Shown here piece after piece: positions 35,515 through 45,362 of a stretch of 64,000 bases of DNA. Under the pieces are notes generated by a model. The model saw nothing but the letters and a program-made list of their open reading frames with translations. It was not told the origin of the DNA and made no database searches. Positions within the stretch are counted from its first letter, which is position 1. Every line of letters starts with the position of its first letter. The stretch is from an uncultured Christensenella sp. (GTDB lineage Bacteria; Bacillota; Clostridia; Christensenellales; Borkfalkiaceae): positions 5,680-69,679 of the forward strand of contig CAYLUH010000005.1 in the NCBI GenBank assembly GCA_964386845.1. The letters are read 5' to 3'. The position numbers were made by a program, and so were the translations under genes.

Positions 35515-38500
35515 ATTTTGAAAAATTAGAAATTTACGGATTTAAGTCGTTTGCAGACAAGGTGGAAATCAAGTTTAACGACGGAATAACGGGCATAGTC
35601 GGGCCAAACGGTTGTGGAAAGAGCAACGTTTCAGATGCAATCAGATGGGTACTTGGCGAGCAGTCGGCAAAAAACCTCCGTGGTTCGTCGATGCAAGACG
35701 TTATTTTTAATGGCACGCAAAACAGAAAATCCTTATCGTATTGCGAAGTATCGCTTTTTTTCGACAACACCAACAAGATTTTTGACGTTGAATATCAGCA
35801 AGTCGTAATCACGAGAAAACTTTTCAGAAGCGGTGAAAGCGAATATTACATAAACAAACAACCGGCAAGGCTTAAAGATATAGTTGCGCTTCTTCACCAA
35901 TGCGGTATCGGTAAAGAGGGGTACACAATTATCGGGCAGGGCAGAGTTAACGAAATTATAACGGCAAAGCCAATCGATAGGAGAGCCATTTTCGAGGAAG
36001 CGACGGGTATTGCGCACTTCAAAACGAGAAAGGACGAATCGGAAAGAAAACTTGACAGAACGCACGACAATGTGGTTAGGTTTAGCGATATTATTTTAGA
36101 AATAGAAAATCAATTAGGTCCGTTAGAGCGTCAAGCGGAAAAGGCGAGAGAGTTCAACGAATTGTCGGCACAATTAAAGCACCACGAAATTAACGTTTAC
36201 ATCTCTAAAACGGAAGGCGTTGCCACGGCAAAATCTAAAATCAACGTTAGGATTGCCGGAATAGACGAGCAAATTGCTCTTCGTGAAAGCGAACTTAAAA
36301 AAGCAGGCGAAGACTTCGACTTGATAAATGCCGAAATCGGCAAGGCAGACCAAACTTTGAGGCAATTAAACGACGAACTTGCAGAAAAGCGAGTAAGTAT
36401 GGAAAGGTCGTCGGGCGCACAACAACTTTACAAGCAAAAAATATCTTCCATACAATCTCAAATAGAGCGTGCCAACACCGAGATAGGTCAACATAAAGCG
36501 CTTATAGAGGGCAGAAAAGGTCAAATCGTAAAAAACAATCAAGACCTTATTTCAAGCAGAAAAGAATTAAAAGAAAAGCAATCGATTTTTGCAGAAAAAA
36601 GCAAATCTTTAGTTACGTTAAGAGAAAAAATCGCATTGACGGAAGAACTTGCATCTGCAAGTAACAAAAAGGTTATCGAGAGTATCGAAAGTTTAACCGA
36701 CGTCAGGGTCAACCAAGGCACAATGTCGATAGAAAAGGCAAACCTTTTAGAAAAAAGGGACGAAATTATCGGCAAGGTGGACGAGTTGTCTGTTAAAAGA
36801 GAGGGCTTGTTTAACGAAAAGGAAAGCACCGACGAAAAGATTGCTCGCTTAGACGTTACCATTAACGATATTAAAAACCAAATTCTAGGCTCGGAGAACG
36901 CCGTAAGAAACGCCAACGAAGAAGTTGCAAAGGTAGACAACGAAATTTATTCGTTAAACAGCGTAATCGCAACGCTTCAAACAAAACTCAAATTTTATCA
37001 AGATTTTAAGGACAATCACGACAACTTTAAGCCCGTCGTAAAAGAACTTTTAAATAGGGCTAAAAACAATCCTGAACTCGGTAAAAGGGTAAAGGGCGTC
37101 GTTGCCGAGATAATTACAAACGACAAAAAGTACGACGTTGCGTTGGAGGTCGCTTTAAAGGCCTCCGCACAAAACATCGTCACGAAAAATCCCGACGACG
37201 CAAAATATTTAATTCAGTACTTAAAAGCCAACGGCTTGGGAAGTGCCACTTTCTTGCCGATAACGTCGGTAAAGTCTAGGGAAAGAATGAGTGCCGTAAC
37301 CTCTGCGTTAAGAGAGAGAGGAGTGCTCGGCGTTGCAGACGAACTCGTTAAGTACGACGGAGAGTATTATCCCATCATTTCCAGTTTGCTCGGAAACACC
37401 GTCGTCGTCGACAATTTAGACAACGCAACCGACCTTGCAAAAAAGTACTCTTTCGCATTCAAAATCGTTACGCTAGACGGCGACGAATTCTCTCCGCAAG
37501 GCGCAATGAGTGGTGGTTCCAGAAAGGAAAAAACCGTGGGCGTTTTGTCGGGCGATAGAAGAATAGAAGAAACGGAAAGCATTTTAAAAGAAAAACAAAG
37601 CGTTATGTCGGAACTTCAATCCAAAAAGAAACTTTTGGAAGACAAGAGGGACAAGGCGTTAGACGAGTTGGAGTATGTAAACGATAGGTACAACGGCACT
37701 CGTCAAGAGGTTGTGTTGTTAAAGGAAAAACTTGCTCAAATAGAAACGCAACTTTCCGAAATAGAAAGGGAAATGGAAAGTTTGAGAGAGCAAATGGATA
37801 TTGTCGAAGAAAAACTTTCTGCCGTTGACGAGAGGTACAAAAAGGTAAATCTCGGTGGCGAAAAGTTGGAGGCGGACAGGTCCACCATTCAAAGAGACGC
37901 CAGCCGTGTAAAAGAAGAATTCGAAGAATTAAAGAAAAAGAGAGAAAAGTTAGAAGAAGACAACACGACGCTTCAAGTCGAGATAACGGCGTTGCTTGCA
38001 AAAATCGCATCGATAGAAGAAGACGTCGAAAGGTTAAAGCGTGCCGTTACGGAGTCGGAAGAAGCTATCGTAAGGCTAACCAAAAGCAACGAAGGTGGCG
38101 AAGCGTTAATAGAAGAATTAAGGCGAGAAGAAGAAAAGGTCGCTCTTTCCAAGGAAGACCAAGATTATATCAATTCCATTCGTGCTAAAATAGACAATAT
38201 GGAAAATTACAAAACGGAATTAAGGCGCAAACTTACCGAAAACATTGCACTTAAAGACAGTTTGACGGAAGCACTTAACGTTTTGTCGGAGAAAAAACAC
38301 GCCGAAGATATTGCGCTTGCAAAGATAGATTCAGACTTAGAGTATATGCAAAAGAGCGTTTGGGAAGACTATCAAGAAACGTACGAAACGGCGCAAAAGT
38401 ATCGTGAAGACGGTTATAACGCAGTCGAAGGCGAAAAGGAAATCAATCGTATAAGAAGAAAGAGAAATTCTTTGGGTGCGATAAACGCCGCCGCTATTGA

Positions 38501-39110
38501 AGACGCCAAGGTTTTGAAAGAAAGATACGACGAAATGGTATCTCAAAGAGAAGACCTCTTAAAGGCGGAAGACGACCTTAAAGAAGCCATCGAAAAAATC
38601 AAGGCTGAAATGCTAGAGCAATTCGATAAAGGCTTCGGCAAGATAAACGAAAACTTCCAAAAGATATTCAAAGAGTTGTTCGGTGGAGGTAGGGCAATGT
38701 TGCAACTAGATTACACCGACGTTGACGACAAATTGGAAGCAGGCGTAGAAATCGTTGCCGAACCACCGGGAAAGAAACTTCAAAAACTTTCGCTTTTGTC
38801 GGGTGGCGAAATGGCGCTTACGACGATTGCAATTTTGTTTGCAATATTAAAACTTCGTCCAATGCCTTTCTGTGTGCTTGACGAAATCGAGGCGGCTCTC
38901 GACGATGCCAACGTCGCTCGTTTTGCAGAGTATTTAAGAAAATTCAGCACGGAAACGCAATTCATAGTAATCACACACAAAAAGCCGACTATGGAAAGGG
39001 CAGACTCTTTGTTCGGCGTTACGATGCAAGAAAAGGGTGTTAGTAAAATCGTGTCCGTAAAACTTTCGGACATTGCAGACATCGTGGATTTATCCAAACA
39101 AGAAAACTAA
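35511..39110 (+). CDS. smc: chromosome segregation protein SMC
   Basis: 1199 aa. Walker A GPNGCGKSN, long coiled coils, a hinge, LSGGE and a Walker B region FCVLDEIEAALD. The GTG start overlaps the rnc stop. Confidence 0.95.
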   Translation: MNFEKLEIYGFKSFADKVEIKFNDGITGIVGPNGCGKSNVSDAIRWVLGEQSAKNLRGSSMQDVIFNGTQNRKSLSYCEVSLFFDNTNKIFDVEYQQVVITRKLFRSGESEYYINKQPARLKDIVALLHQCGIGKEGYTIIGQGRVNEIITAKPIDRRAIFEEATGIAHFKTRKDESERKLDRTHDNVVRFSDIILEIENQLGPLERQAEKAREFNELSAQLKHHEINVYISKTEGVATAKSKINVRIAGIDEQIALRESELKKAGEDFDLINAEIGKADQTLRQLNDELAEKRVSMERSSGAQQLYKQKISSIQSQIERANTEIGQHKALIEGRKGQIVKNNQDLISSRKELKEKQSIFAEKSKSLVTLREKIALTEELASASNKKVIESIESLTDVRVNQGTMSIEKANLLEKRDEIIGKVDELSVKREGLFNEKESTDEKIARLDVTINDIKNQILGSENAVRNANEEVAKVDNEIYSLNSVIATLQTKLKFYQDFKDNHDNFKPVVKELLNRAKNNPELGKRVKGVVAEIITNDKKYDVALEVALKASAQNIVTKNPDDAKYLIQYLKANGLGSATFLPITSVKSRERMSAVTSALRERGVLGVADELVKYDGEYYPIISSLLGNTVVVDNLDNATDLAKKYSFAFKIVTLDGDEFSPQGAMSGGSRKEKTVGVLSGDRRIEETESILKEKQSVMSELQSKKKLLEDKRDKALDELEYVNDRYNGTRQEVVLLKEKLAQIETQLSEIEREMESLREQMDIVEEKLSAVDERYKKVNLGGEKLEADRSTIQRDASRVKEEFEELKKKREKLEEDNTTLQVEITALLAKIASIEEDVERLKRAVTESEEAIVRLTKSNEGGEALIEELRREEEKVALSKEDQDYINSIRAKIDNMENYKTELRRKLTENIALKDSLTEALNVLSEKKHAEDIALAKIDSDLEYMQKSVWEDYQETYETAQKYREDGYNAVEGEKEINRIRRKRNSLGAINAAAIEDAKVLKERYDEMVSQREDLLKAEDDLKEAIEKIKAEMLEQFDKGFGKINENFQKIFKELFGGGRAMLQLDYTDVDDKLEAGVEIVAEPPGKKLQKLSLLSGGEMALTTIAILFAILKLRPMPFCVLDEIEAALDDANVARFAEYLRKFSTETQFIVITHKKPTMERADSLFGVTMQEKGVSKIVSVKLSDIADIVDLSKQEN

Positions 39111-39121
39111 TTGGAGTGGCA

Positions 39122-40018
39122 ATGGGATTTTTCAGTAAGATTAAAGACGTATTAAAAAAGACGAGAGACGGTTTGTCGAAAAAACTCACCGAACTTTTTG
39201 CAAAAAACAAGTTGGGCGAGGAGTTTTACGAAGAACTTGAAGATATTTTAATATCTGCCGACGTGTCTGTAAAAACGACGATGGAAATCGTTGAAGAGAT
39301 TAAAGAAGTCGCAATAAAAGAAAAGTGTAAAGATAAAGATTACGTTATCGATTTGCTCAAAAAAGAACTTTTCGAAACTCTCGACTATGCAGATAAGTTG
39401 GAAATAAAATCACCTGCCGTAATTATGGTGATAGGTGTAAACGGCGTGGGTAAAACAACGTCCATCGGGAAACTTGCAAACAAATTTTCCAAAGAAAAAA
39501 AGAGCGTTACGATTGCCGCTGCAGATACTTTTAGGGCAGCCGCAAGCGACCAACTTACCGTTTGGGCAGACAGAGCAAAGGTAAGGATAATCAAAAGCGA
39601 GGAAGGCTCTGATTCTTCTGCCGTCGTGTTCGACGCAATATCGTCGTGCAAGGCAAAAAACACCGACGTTTTGATTATAGATACTGCCGGAAGATTGCAC
39701 GTCAAAGCCAACCTTATGGAAGAACTTAAAAAGATGGATAGGGTTGTAAAAAGAGAGTACCCTAACGCAAACTTTTATAAGTTAATAGTGCTTGACGCAT
39801 CGACGGGGCAAAATGCTTACAATCAAGTGGAAATGTTTAACCAAGCCGTCGGAATAGACGGGATAATCTTGACGAAACTGGACGGTACTGCAAAGGGTGG
39901 ATTCATCGTGTCGCTGTCATACGAATTAGAGGTCCCCGTAGTTTACGTCGGCACGGGCGAAAAGATAGAAGATATAGAAGATTTCGACGCAAAAGAATTC
40001 GTCGAAGGAATGTTTTAA
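39122..40018 (+). CDS. ftsY: signal recognition particle receptor FtsY (short, NG domain only)
   Basis: MGFFSKIK.., GVNGVGKTT, DTAGR and TKLDGTAKGG. GGAG lies 7 nt upstream of ATG 39122. An in-frame GTG at 39116 is also possible. Confidence 0.93.
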   Translation: MGFFSKIKDVLKKTRDGLSKKLTELFAKNKLGEEFYEELEDILISADVSVKTTMEIVEEIKEVAIKEKCKDKDYVIDLLKKELFETLDYADKLEIKSPAVIMVIGVNGVGKTTSIGKLANKFSKEKKSVTIAAADTFRAAASDQLTVWADRAKVRIIKSEEGSDSSAVVFDAISSCKAKNTDVLIIDTAGRLHVKANLMEELKKMDRVVKREYPNANFYKLIVLDASTGQNAYNQVEMFNQAVGIDGIILTKLDGTAKGGFIVSLSYELEVPVVYVGTGEKIEDIEDFDAKEFVEGMF

Positions 40019-40034
40019 AAGGCGTAAAAAACGC

Positions 40035-40063
40035 TTGACAAATATAATAAAGACTAATATAAT
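40035..40063 (+). promoter_or_regulatory. consensus sigma-A promoter (TTGACA-17 nt-TATAAT) upstream of ylxM-ffh
   Basis: TTGACA at 40035-40040, exactly 17 nt, then TATAAT at 40058-40063. Confidence 0.65.
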
Positions 40064-40065
40064 AT

Positions 40066-40104
40066 CAAGGTGTAAAGCAAATTTAGTTTACACCTTGAAT
40101 TTTT
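40066..40104 (+). terminator. hairpin plus short T-run between ftsY and ylxM
   Basis: 11-bp perfect stem CAAGGTGTAAA (40066-40076) / TTTACACCTTG (40087-40097), a 10-nt loop, then AATTTTT directly before the ylxM ATG. Confidence 0.5.
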
Positions 40105-40404
40105 ATGGAAAAAGATTTTGACATAACGCAGTTATTTGAAATATATAAAGGGCTTTTAACGAAAAAGCAGGTAGAGATATTTTCGTCGTATTATTATTAC
40201 GACTTGTCTTTATCGGAGATAGCGGAGCCGGACGGTAACACACGCCAGTCTGTTTATTCGACGGTAAGTAAGGTAAAGAAAAAACTTTTAGAGTTTGAAA
40301 GTTTGTTAGGAATTGCCAAAAAGAACAAAGAATTAAACGACCTTTCGGACGAAATAGAGGACGAAAGCGTAAGGCTTAAATTAAAGGAAATAATAGGTAG
40401 ATAA
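40105..40404 (+). CDS. ylxM: YlxM (UPF0122) putative DNA-binding protein of the SRP operon
   Basis: LFEIYKGLLTKKQVEIFSSYYYYDLSLSEIAE is sigma-70 region 4-like HTH, typical of YlxM. It is located directly upstream of ffh. Confidence 0.88.
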   Translation: MEKDFDITQLFEIYKGLLTKKQVEIFSSYYYYDLSLSEIAEPDGNTRQSVYSTVSKVKKKLLEFESLLGIAKKNKELNDLSDEIEDESVRLKLKEIIGR

Positions 40405-41720
40405 TGGGGTTATTTTCCAACTTATCAGAAAAACTTAATCACATATTCAGTAAACTTACAAAGCACGGCAGACTCACCGAATTAGAAATAAAAACTGCGA
40501 TGCGAGAGGTAAGGATAGCGCTGTTAGAAGCAGACGTTAACATTTCCGTCGTAAAAGAATTCGTCGCAAAGGTATCCGAGCGTGCCGTCGGACAAGAAAT
40601 ATTAAAGAGTTTGAGTCCGACACAGCAGGTTATAAAAATCGTCAACGAAGAACTTATAGCCTTAATGGGTTCGCAAAACAGTAAGTTAAACACGGCAAGC
40701 AATCCACCGACGGTGATAATGATGGCAGGTTTGCAAGGCGCCGGTAAAACGACGCTTGTCGGTAAACTCGGCTTAATGTTAAAAAAGCAAAACAAAAAGC
40801 CACTTTTAGTCGCTTGCGATGTGTATAGGCCGGCAGCAATCAATCAATTAAAAGTCGTTGCCGAAAAGGCAGGCTGTCAATGTTTCGAAAAAGGGCAAGG
40901 GGACCCCGTTAAGATTGCAAAAGAAGGCGTGGCGTATGCCAAATCGTACGGGTTCGACACCGTTATCATAGACACTGCGGGAAGACTTCAAATAGACGAA
41001 ACCTTGATGAAAGAGTTAGAAAACATCAAAAAGGAAGTCAATCCGTCGGAAATTTTGTTAGTCGTCGATTCAATGACGGGGCAAGTTGCCGTCGAGGTTG
41101 CTGACACCTTTAACAAACGCTTGGAAGTTACGGGGCTCGTTCTTACGAAATTAGACGGCGACACTCGTGGTGGTGCCACTCTTTCCATGAAAGCCGTAAC
41201 GGGAAAACCGATAAAATTCTGTTCCGTCGGAGAAAAACTCGGCGACCTAGAGCCTTTTTATCCCGACCGTATGGCTAACAGAATACTCGGTATGGGCGAC
41301 GTTTTGACGCTTATAGAAAAGGCGCAAGAGGCAGTAACCGAAGAAGAAGCCAAAAAGATGGAAAAGAAGTTTAGGGAAAATTCTTTCACCTTAAACGATT
41401 ATCTTGCTCAGTTCGAAACGATGAACAAAATGGGTGGAATAAAAAGCCTTATGAGTATGCTTCCGGGAATGGGTATGGGCAAATTCAAGTTTAACGAAAA
41501 CGACGTCGACGAAAGCAAATTAGTGCAAATGAAAGCAATAATTCAGTCAATGACGATGCGGGAGAGAGAAAATCCGCAAATAATAAATTCATCGAGAAAA
41601 ATGCGTATTGCAAAAGGCTCTGGAACGACTGTTCAAGATGTAAACAGAATTCTCAAACAATTCGAACAAAGCAAGCAAATGATGAAACAAATGAAAAATA
41701 ATAAAATGTTTAAATTTTAA
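40404..41720 (+). CDS. ffh: signal recognition particle protein Ffh
   Basis: GLQGAGKTT, DTAGR, TKLDGDTRGG and a Met-rich M domain. Confidence 0.95.
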   Translation: MGLFSNLSEKLNHIFSKLTKHGRLTELEIKTAMREVRIALLEADVNISVVKEFVAKVSERAVGQEILKSLSPTQQVIKIVNEELIALMGSQNSKLNTASNPPTVIMMAGLQGAGKTTLVGKLGLMLKKQNKKPLLVACDVYRPAAINQLKVVAEKAGCQCFEKGQGDPVKIAKEGVAYAKSYGFDTVIIDTAGRLQIDETLMKELENIKKEVNPSEILLVVDSMTGQVAVEVADTFNKRLEVTGLVLTKLDGDTRGGATLSMKAVTGKPIKFCSVGEKLGDLEPFYPDRMANRILGMGDVLTLIEKAQEAVTEEEAKKMEKKFRENSFTLNDYLAQFETMNKMGGIKSLMSMLPGMGMGKFKFNENDVDESKLVQMKAIIQSMTMRERENPQIINSSRKMRIAKGSGTTVQDVNRILKQFEQSKQMMKQMKNNKMFKF

Positions 41721-41747
41721 ATAAAAAACCTTAAGGAGAACAAAACA

Positions 41748-42041
41748 ATGGCAGTAAAAATGAGATTAACAAGAATGGGCGACAAGAAATCACCTTTCTA
41801 TCGTATCGTTATCGTAGACAGCAGAAGCGCAAGAGACGGCGCATATATCGATAAAGTAGGACACTACAATCCTATTTCACAACCTGCTGAAATCGTAATC
41901 GACAAAGAAAAGGCACAAGATTGGCTTAAAAAAGGCGTTCAACCGACGGAAACGGTTAGGTCTCTTTTAATCGCACAAGGCGTTATCGAAAAGCCGACGA
42001 AGTTGTCTGCACCAAAAACCAAAGTTCGCAAAAAGAAATAA
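41748..42041 (+). CDS. rpsP: 30S ribosomal protein S16
   Basis: [31 protein letters not shown]. Confidence 0.95.
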   Translation: MAVKMRLTRMGDKKSPFYRIVIVDSRSARDGAYIDKVGHYNPISQPAEIVIDKEKAQDWLKKGVQPTETVRSLLIAQGVIEKPTKLSAPKTKVRKKK

Positions 42042-42064
42042 TTTTTGCCGATAAGGAGAACTAA

Positions 42065-42310
42065 ATGTTAGAACTTATTAAATTCGTAGTCGAAAGTTTT
42101 GCAGAAAAAAAAGAACTTATCGAATATGAAGTAATTGAAGAAGGAAACACCGTTAACGTAAATATTACGTTAGACGAAAGCGATATGGGTAAGGTAATCG
42201 GTCGTCAAGGCAAGATTGCCAAGGCTCTTCGTACGCTTGTAAGAAACGGTCAACAAAAAGAAAATAAAAAGTACAATATAGAAATTATTGAACGTGGGGA
42301 AAAGGAATAA
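42065..42310 (+). CDS. khpA: KH-domain RNA-binding protein (YlqC/KhpA)
   Basis: MGKVIGRQGKIAKALRTLV contains the GXXG KH motif. Conserved position between rpsP and rimM. Confidence 0.88.
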   Translation: MLELIKFVVESFAEKKELIEYEVIEEGNTVNVNITLDESDMGKVIGRQGKIAKALRTLVRNGQQKENKKYNIEIIERGEKE

Positions 42311-42339
42311 TTTTCCCCTTTTTTTCACGAATTGAAAGA

Positions 42340-42846
42340 ATGGAAAACTTATTGGAAATCGGCATAATAGTAAAGCCTCAAGGCATAAAGGGAGAAGTCA
42401 AAGTACAAACTTTTTCCGATAATTCAGAAAGGCTAAAAGGCTTAAAAAGTGTCGTCATCGATGGAAAAGAATACAAAATAACCGGCAAAAAATTTGCAGT
42501 CGGGGCCCTCTTGTTAGGGCTTTTCGGCGTTTCGGACAGAAACGATGCTGAAAGTTTTAGGGGGAGGAGCGTGTACGCTCGGCGAGAAGACTTAGACGAT
42601 TTGGAAGAAGGCACTTTTTATATTGCCGATTTAATCGGCTTAACGCTGATTGTCGGAGAAAAAGCAGTCGGCAAAATAACCGAAATAACGCCTCTTAAAA
42701 CAGACGTAATTACCGTCACCACCTTCGACGGCAAAGTTTTAAGGTTTCCTTTTTTGAAAGATTTGCAAGCCGAAGTCAATTTGCAAGACGCAACTTTCAC
42801 CGTTTTAGAAGAAAGGTTTAATCAAGTGGTGTGCTATGAGAATTGA
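42340..42846 (+). CDS. rimM: 16S rRNA processing protein RimM
   Basis: IGIIVKPQGIKGEVKV.., PRC barrel C-terminus, and synteny. Confidence 0.9.
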   Translation: MENLLEIGIIVKPQGIKGEVKVQTFSDNSERLKGLKSVVIDGKEYKITGKKFAVGALLLGLFGVSDRNDAESFRGRSVYARREDLDDLEEGTFYIADLIGLTLIVGEKAVGKITEITPLKTDVITVTTFDGKVLRFPFLKDLQAEVNLQDATFTVLEERFNQVVCYEN

Positions 42847-43498
42847 TATATTAACGCTTTTTCCCGAAATGTTTACGCCGTTAAAAACAAGCATTTTAGG
42901 GCGTGCCGTAGAGGCTGAAAAGATTGAAATCGTCATAACAGACATTAGAGAATACACCGAAAACAAACACAAGAAATGCGACGACGCCCCTTTCGGAGGT
43001 GGCGCCGGAATGGTTATGACGCCACAGCCCATCGCATCGGCAATTCAAGCCGTGGACCCCGAGCATAAAGCAAGGCGAATTTATATGTCGCCAAAAGGTA
43101 GAACGCTTAACCAAAAAGTTGTTTTGGAGTACTCTAAATGCGATAGATTGCTTATCCTTTGTGGGCACTACGAGGGCGTCGACCAACGTGTTATAGACCT
43201 TTTTATCGACGAAGAATTGTCTGTCGGCGATTACGTTTTGACGGGCGGAGAAATTCCTGCAATGGTAGTTACCGACGCTGTCGCAAGGTATGTGGACGGC
43301 GTTATTAACGAGCAATCTCTTGCAGAAGAGAGTTTTTCGAGTGGTAAATTAGAATATCCTCAATACACTCGTCCCGTAGAATTTATGGGGCTTACCGTTC
43401 CCGAAGTTTTAAGGAGTGGTAATCACGCAAAAATAGAAGAATGGAGAAATCAAAAGTCGGAAGAAATAACCAAAAAAAACAGACCCGACTTATTGTAA
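42836..43498 (+). CDS. trmD: tRNA (guanine37-N1)-methyltransferase
   Basis: MRIDILTLFPEMF.., DDAPFGGGAGMVM and GHYEGVDQRV. Confidence 0.95.
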   Translation: MRIDILTLFPEMFTPLKTSILGRAVEAEKIEIVITDIREYTENKHKKCDDAPFGGGAGMVMTPQPIASAIQAVDPEHKARRIYMSPKGRTLNQKVVLEYSKCDRLLILCGHYEGVDQRVIDLFIDEELSVGDYVLTGGEIPAMVVTDAVARYVDGVINEQSLAEESFSSGKLEYPQYTRPVEFMGLTVPEVLRSGNHAKIEEWRNQKSEEITKKNRPDLL

Positions 43499-43504
43499 AA
43501 AGCA

Positions 43505-44338
43505 ATGCGACAAATAAACTGGTTCCCGGGGCATATGGCAAAAGCCACCAGAATGATGGAGGACAGCCTTAAACTTGTAGACGGGGTTATTATGGTGCTC
43601 GACGCAAGGGCGCCGAACGCAACGATGAATAATAAACTCGGCAAACTTTTTCAAAACAAAAAGGTTTTGTACGTGATAAATAAATGCGACCTTGTGGAAG
43701 AAAAGGACGTTGCTTTAACGCTGAAATCTTTTCGTGAAAGAGGACTTACGGCAGTCGGAATAAGCGCAATGAACAAGCGTTCCATATCGCTTTTATACGA
43801 CAAAATTTTTTCTCTTTTGAAAGAGAAGTTGGAAAGGAACAAATTAAAAGGAGTGTTTAAGCCTTTAAGAATAATGGTTGCCGGCGTGCCAAACACGGGC
43901 AAGTCTACCATAATAAACGCCCTGTGCGGTGGCAAAAAAACCGTTACGGGCAACAAGGCGGGGGTAACCAAAGGCAAACAATGGGTAAGGTTAAATGACC
44001 TTGAACTGTTAGACACCCCCGGCACGATGCCACCCAACGTGGAAAATCAAACGTATGCAAAGCATTTGGCGTACATCGGCAGTATTAACGACGTAATACT
44101 CGATTTTTCCGACCTTGCTTACGAACTTATAAAAGAGTTAAAGGAAAAGTATCCCGAAAAGTTAAAAGAGAAATACAAGATAGAAAGTTTAGACGTGGAA
44201 GACTTGGAAATTTTTAACGCTATATGCGTATCTCGTGGTTTTCTGCTTAAAGGTGGCGAGTACGATTACGAAAGGTGTGCAAACGCCGTCATAGACGATT
44301 TCAGAAAGGGCAGAATAGGAAAGATAATTTTAGATTAA
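43505..44338 (+). CDS. rbgA: ribosome biogenesis GTPase A (YlqF)
   Basis: INWFPGHMAKA, and circularly permuted GTPase motifs NKCD..GVPNTGKST..DTPG. Confidence 0.92.
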   Translation: MRQINWFPGHMAKATRMMEDSLKLVDGVIMVLDARAPNATMNNKLGKLFQNKKVLYVINKCDLVEEKDVALTLKSFRERGLTAVGISAMNKRSISLLYDKIFSLLKEKLERNKLKGVFKPLRIMVAGVPNTGKSTIINALCGGKKTVTGNKAGVTKGKQWVRLNDLELLDTPGTMPPNVENQTYAKHLAYIGSINDVILDFSDLAYELIKELKEKYPEKLKEKYKIESLDVEDLEIFNAICVSRGFLLKGGEYDYERCANAVIDDFRKGRIGKIILD

Positions 44339-44339
44339 A

Positions 44340-44939
44340 ATGGATAAGTTGGTTTACGAAAGAAAATATTTAAGTCTTGGCAAAAATTTGATTGCAGGTG
44401 TAGACGAAGTAGGTAGAGGGCCGTTGGCAGGACCCGTCGTTTGCGCTTCCGTCATAATGCCACTAGACGATATAATAGAGGGCGTTGACGACAGTAAAAA
44501 ACTTTCCGAAAAAAAGAGGGAAAGGCTTGCCGAAATTATAAAAGAAAAGGCAATTGCTTACAGTATATGCCGAATAGAGCCCGAGGAAATAGATAAAATA
44601 AACATCTTAGAAGCAGTAAAAAAATGTATGCTGACGGCTGTGCAAAGTTTAAGCGTAGCGCCCGACGTAACGCTTGTGGACGGAGTGGACACTCATTTGC
44701 CGATAAACGCCGAGTATATAGTAAAAGGGGACGCAAACAGTTACACGATAGGTTGCGCCTCGATAATCGCCAAAGTTTATAGAGATAATTTAATGTGCGA
44801 ATACGCCAAAGATTATCCCGAATACGCTTTTGAAAAACACAAAGGTTACGGAACAAAGGCGCACATTGAAAAAATTAAGGAGATAGGTCCTTGCAAATTG
44901 CACAGAAAAACTTTTATAAAAAATTTTTGGGTAGACTAG
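44340..44939 (+). CDS. rnhB: ribonuclease HII
   Basis: AGVDEVGRGPLAGPVV, DDSKKLS and the HKGYGT region. Confidence 0.93.
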   Translation: MDKLVYERKYLSLGKNLIAGVDEVGRGPLAGPVVCASVIMPLDDIIEGVDDSKKLSEKKRERLAEIIKEKAIAYSICRIEPEEIDKINILEAVKKCMLTAVQSLSVAPDVTLVDGVDTHLPINAEYIVKGDANSYTIGCASIIAKVYRDNLMCEYAKDYPEYAFEKHKGYGTKAHIEKIKEIGPCKLHRKTFIKNFWVD

Positions 44940-45256
44940 GCGAAAAAAAGGCAGAGGAATATTTGCGTAAAAGTGGCTACAAAATATTGGCGTTAAATTT
45001 TAAAACGCATATCGGTGAGATAGATATCGTAGCAAAAGAAGACGGCGTTATAGTATTCGTGGAAGTTAAAACGAGAAAGAACGACACGTTCGGCTCCCCT
45101 GCCGAAGCGGTGAATAGGCAAAAGCAACAAAAATATTTTAAGGTGGCAACCGAGTACTTAAAAAAGAATAAGCTTGTAGACGCCGAGTGTAGATTCGACG
45201 TGATAGAAGTGGAAGAAGATAAAATAAATCACATAAAAGATGCATTTTATATGTAA
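44891..45256 (+). CDS. yraN: YraN family (UPF0102) putative endonuclease
   Basis: LGEKKAEEYLRKSGYKILALNFKTHIGEIDIVA..VFVEVKTR..RFDVIEV is the UPF0102 pattern. The start codon is uncertain; this call overlaps rnhB by 49 nt. Confidence 0.85.
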   Translation: MQIAQKNFYKKFLGRLGEKKAEEYLRKSGYKILALNFKTHIGEIDIVAKEDGVIVFVEVKTRKNDTFGSPAEAVNRQKQQKYFKVATEYLKKNKLVDAECRFDVIEVEEDKINHIKDAFYM

Positions 45257-45262
45257 AAATGC

Positions 45263-45291
45263 TTGCCAAAAGCAAATAAAAATGATATTAT
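45263..45291 (+). promoter_or_regulatory. candidate promoter for rplS (TTGCCA-17 nt-TATTAT with TG extension)
   Basis: TTGCCA at 45263-45268, TG at 45283-45284 and TATTAT at 45286-45291. Confidence 0.5.
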
Positions 45292-45362
45292 AATATGGCT
45301 TTCGGATGTTCCTCTTGGAATTGCCAACGAACATTTAGTAAATAAAAAAGGAGAAAAAGCAA

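Noticed and set aside
40021-40036. Small hairpin GGCGT-AAAAA-ACGC just after the ftsY stop, as a possible terminator.
   Set aside because: It has only a 4-bp stem and no T-run. The 11-bp hairpin at 40066-40097 is the more credible structure.
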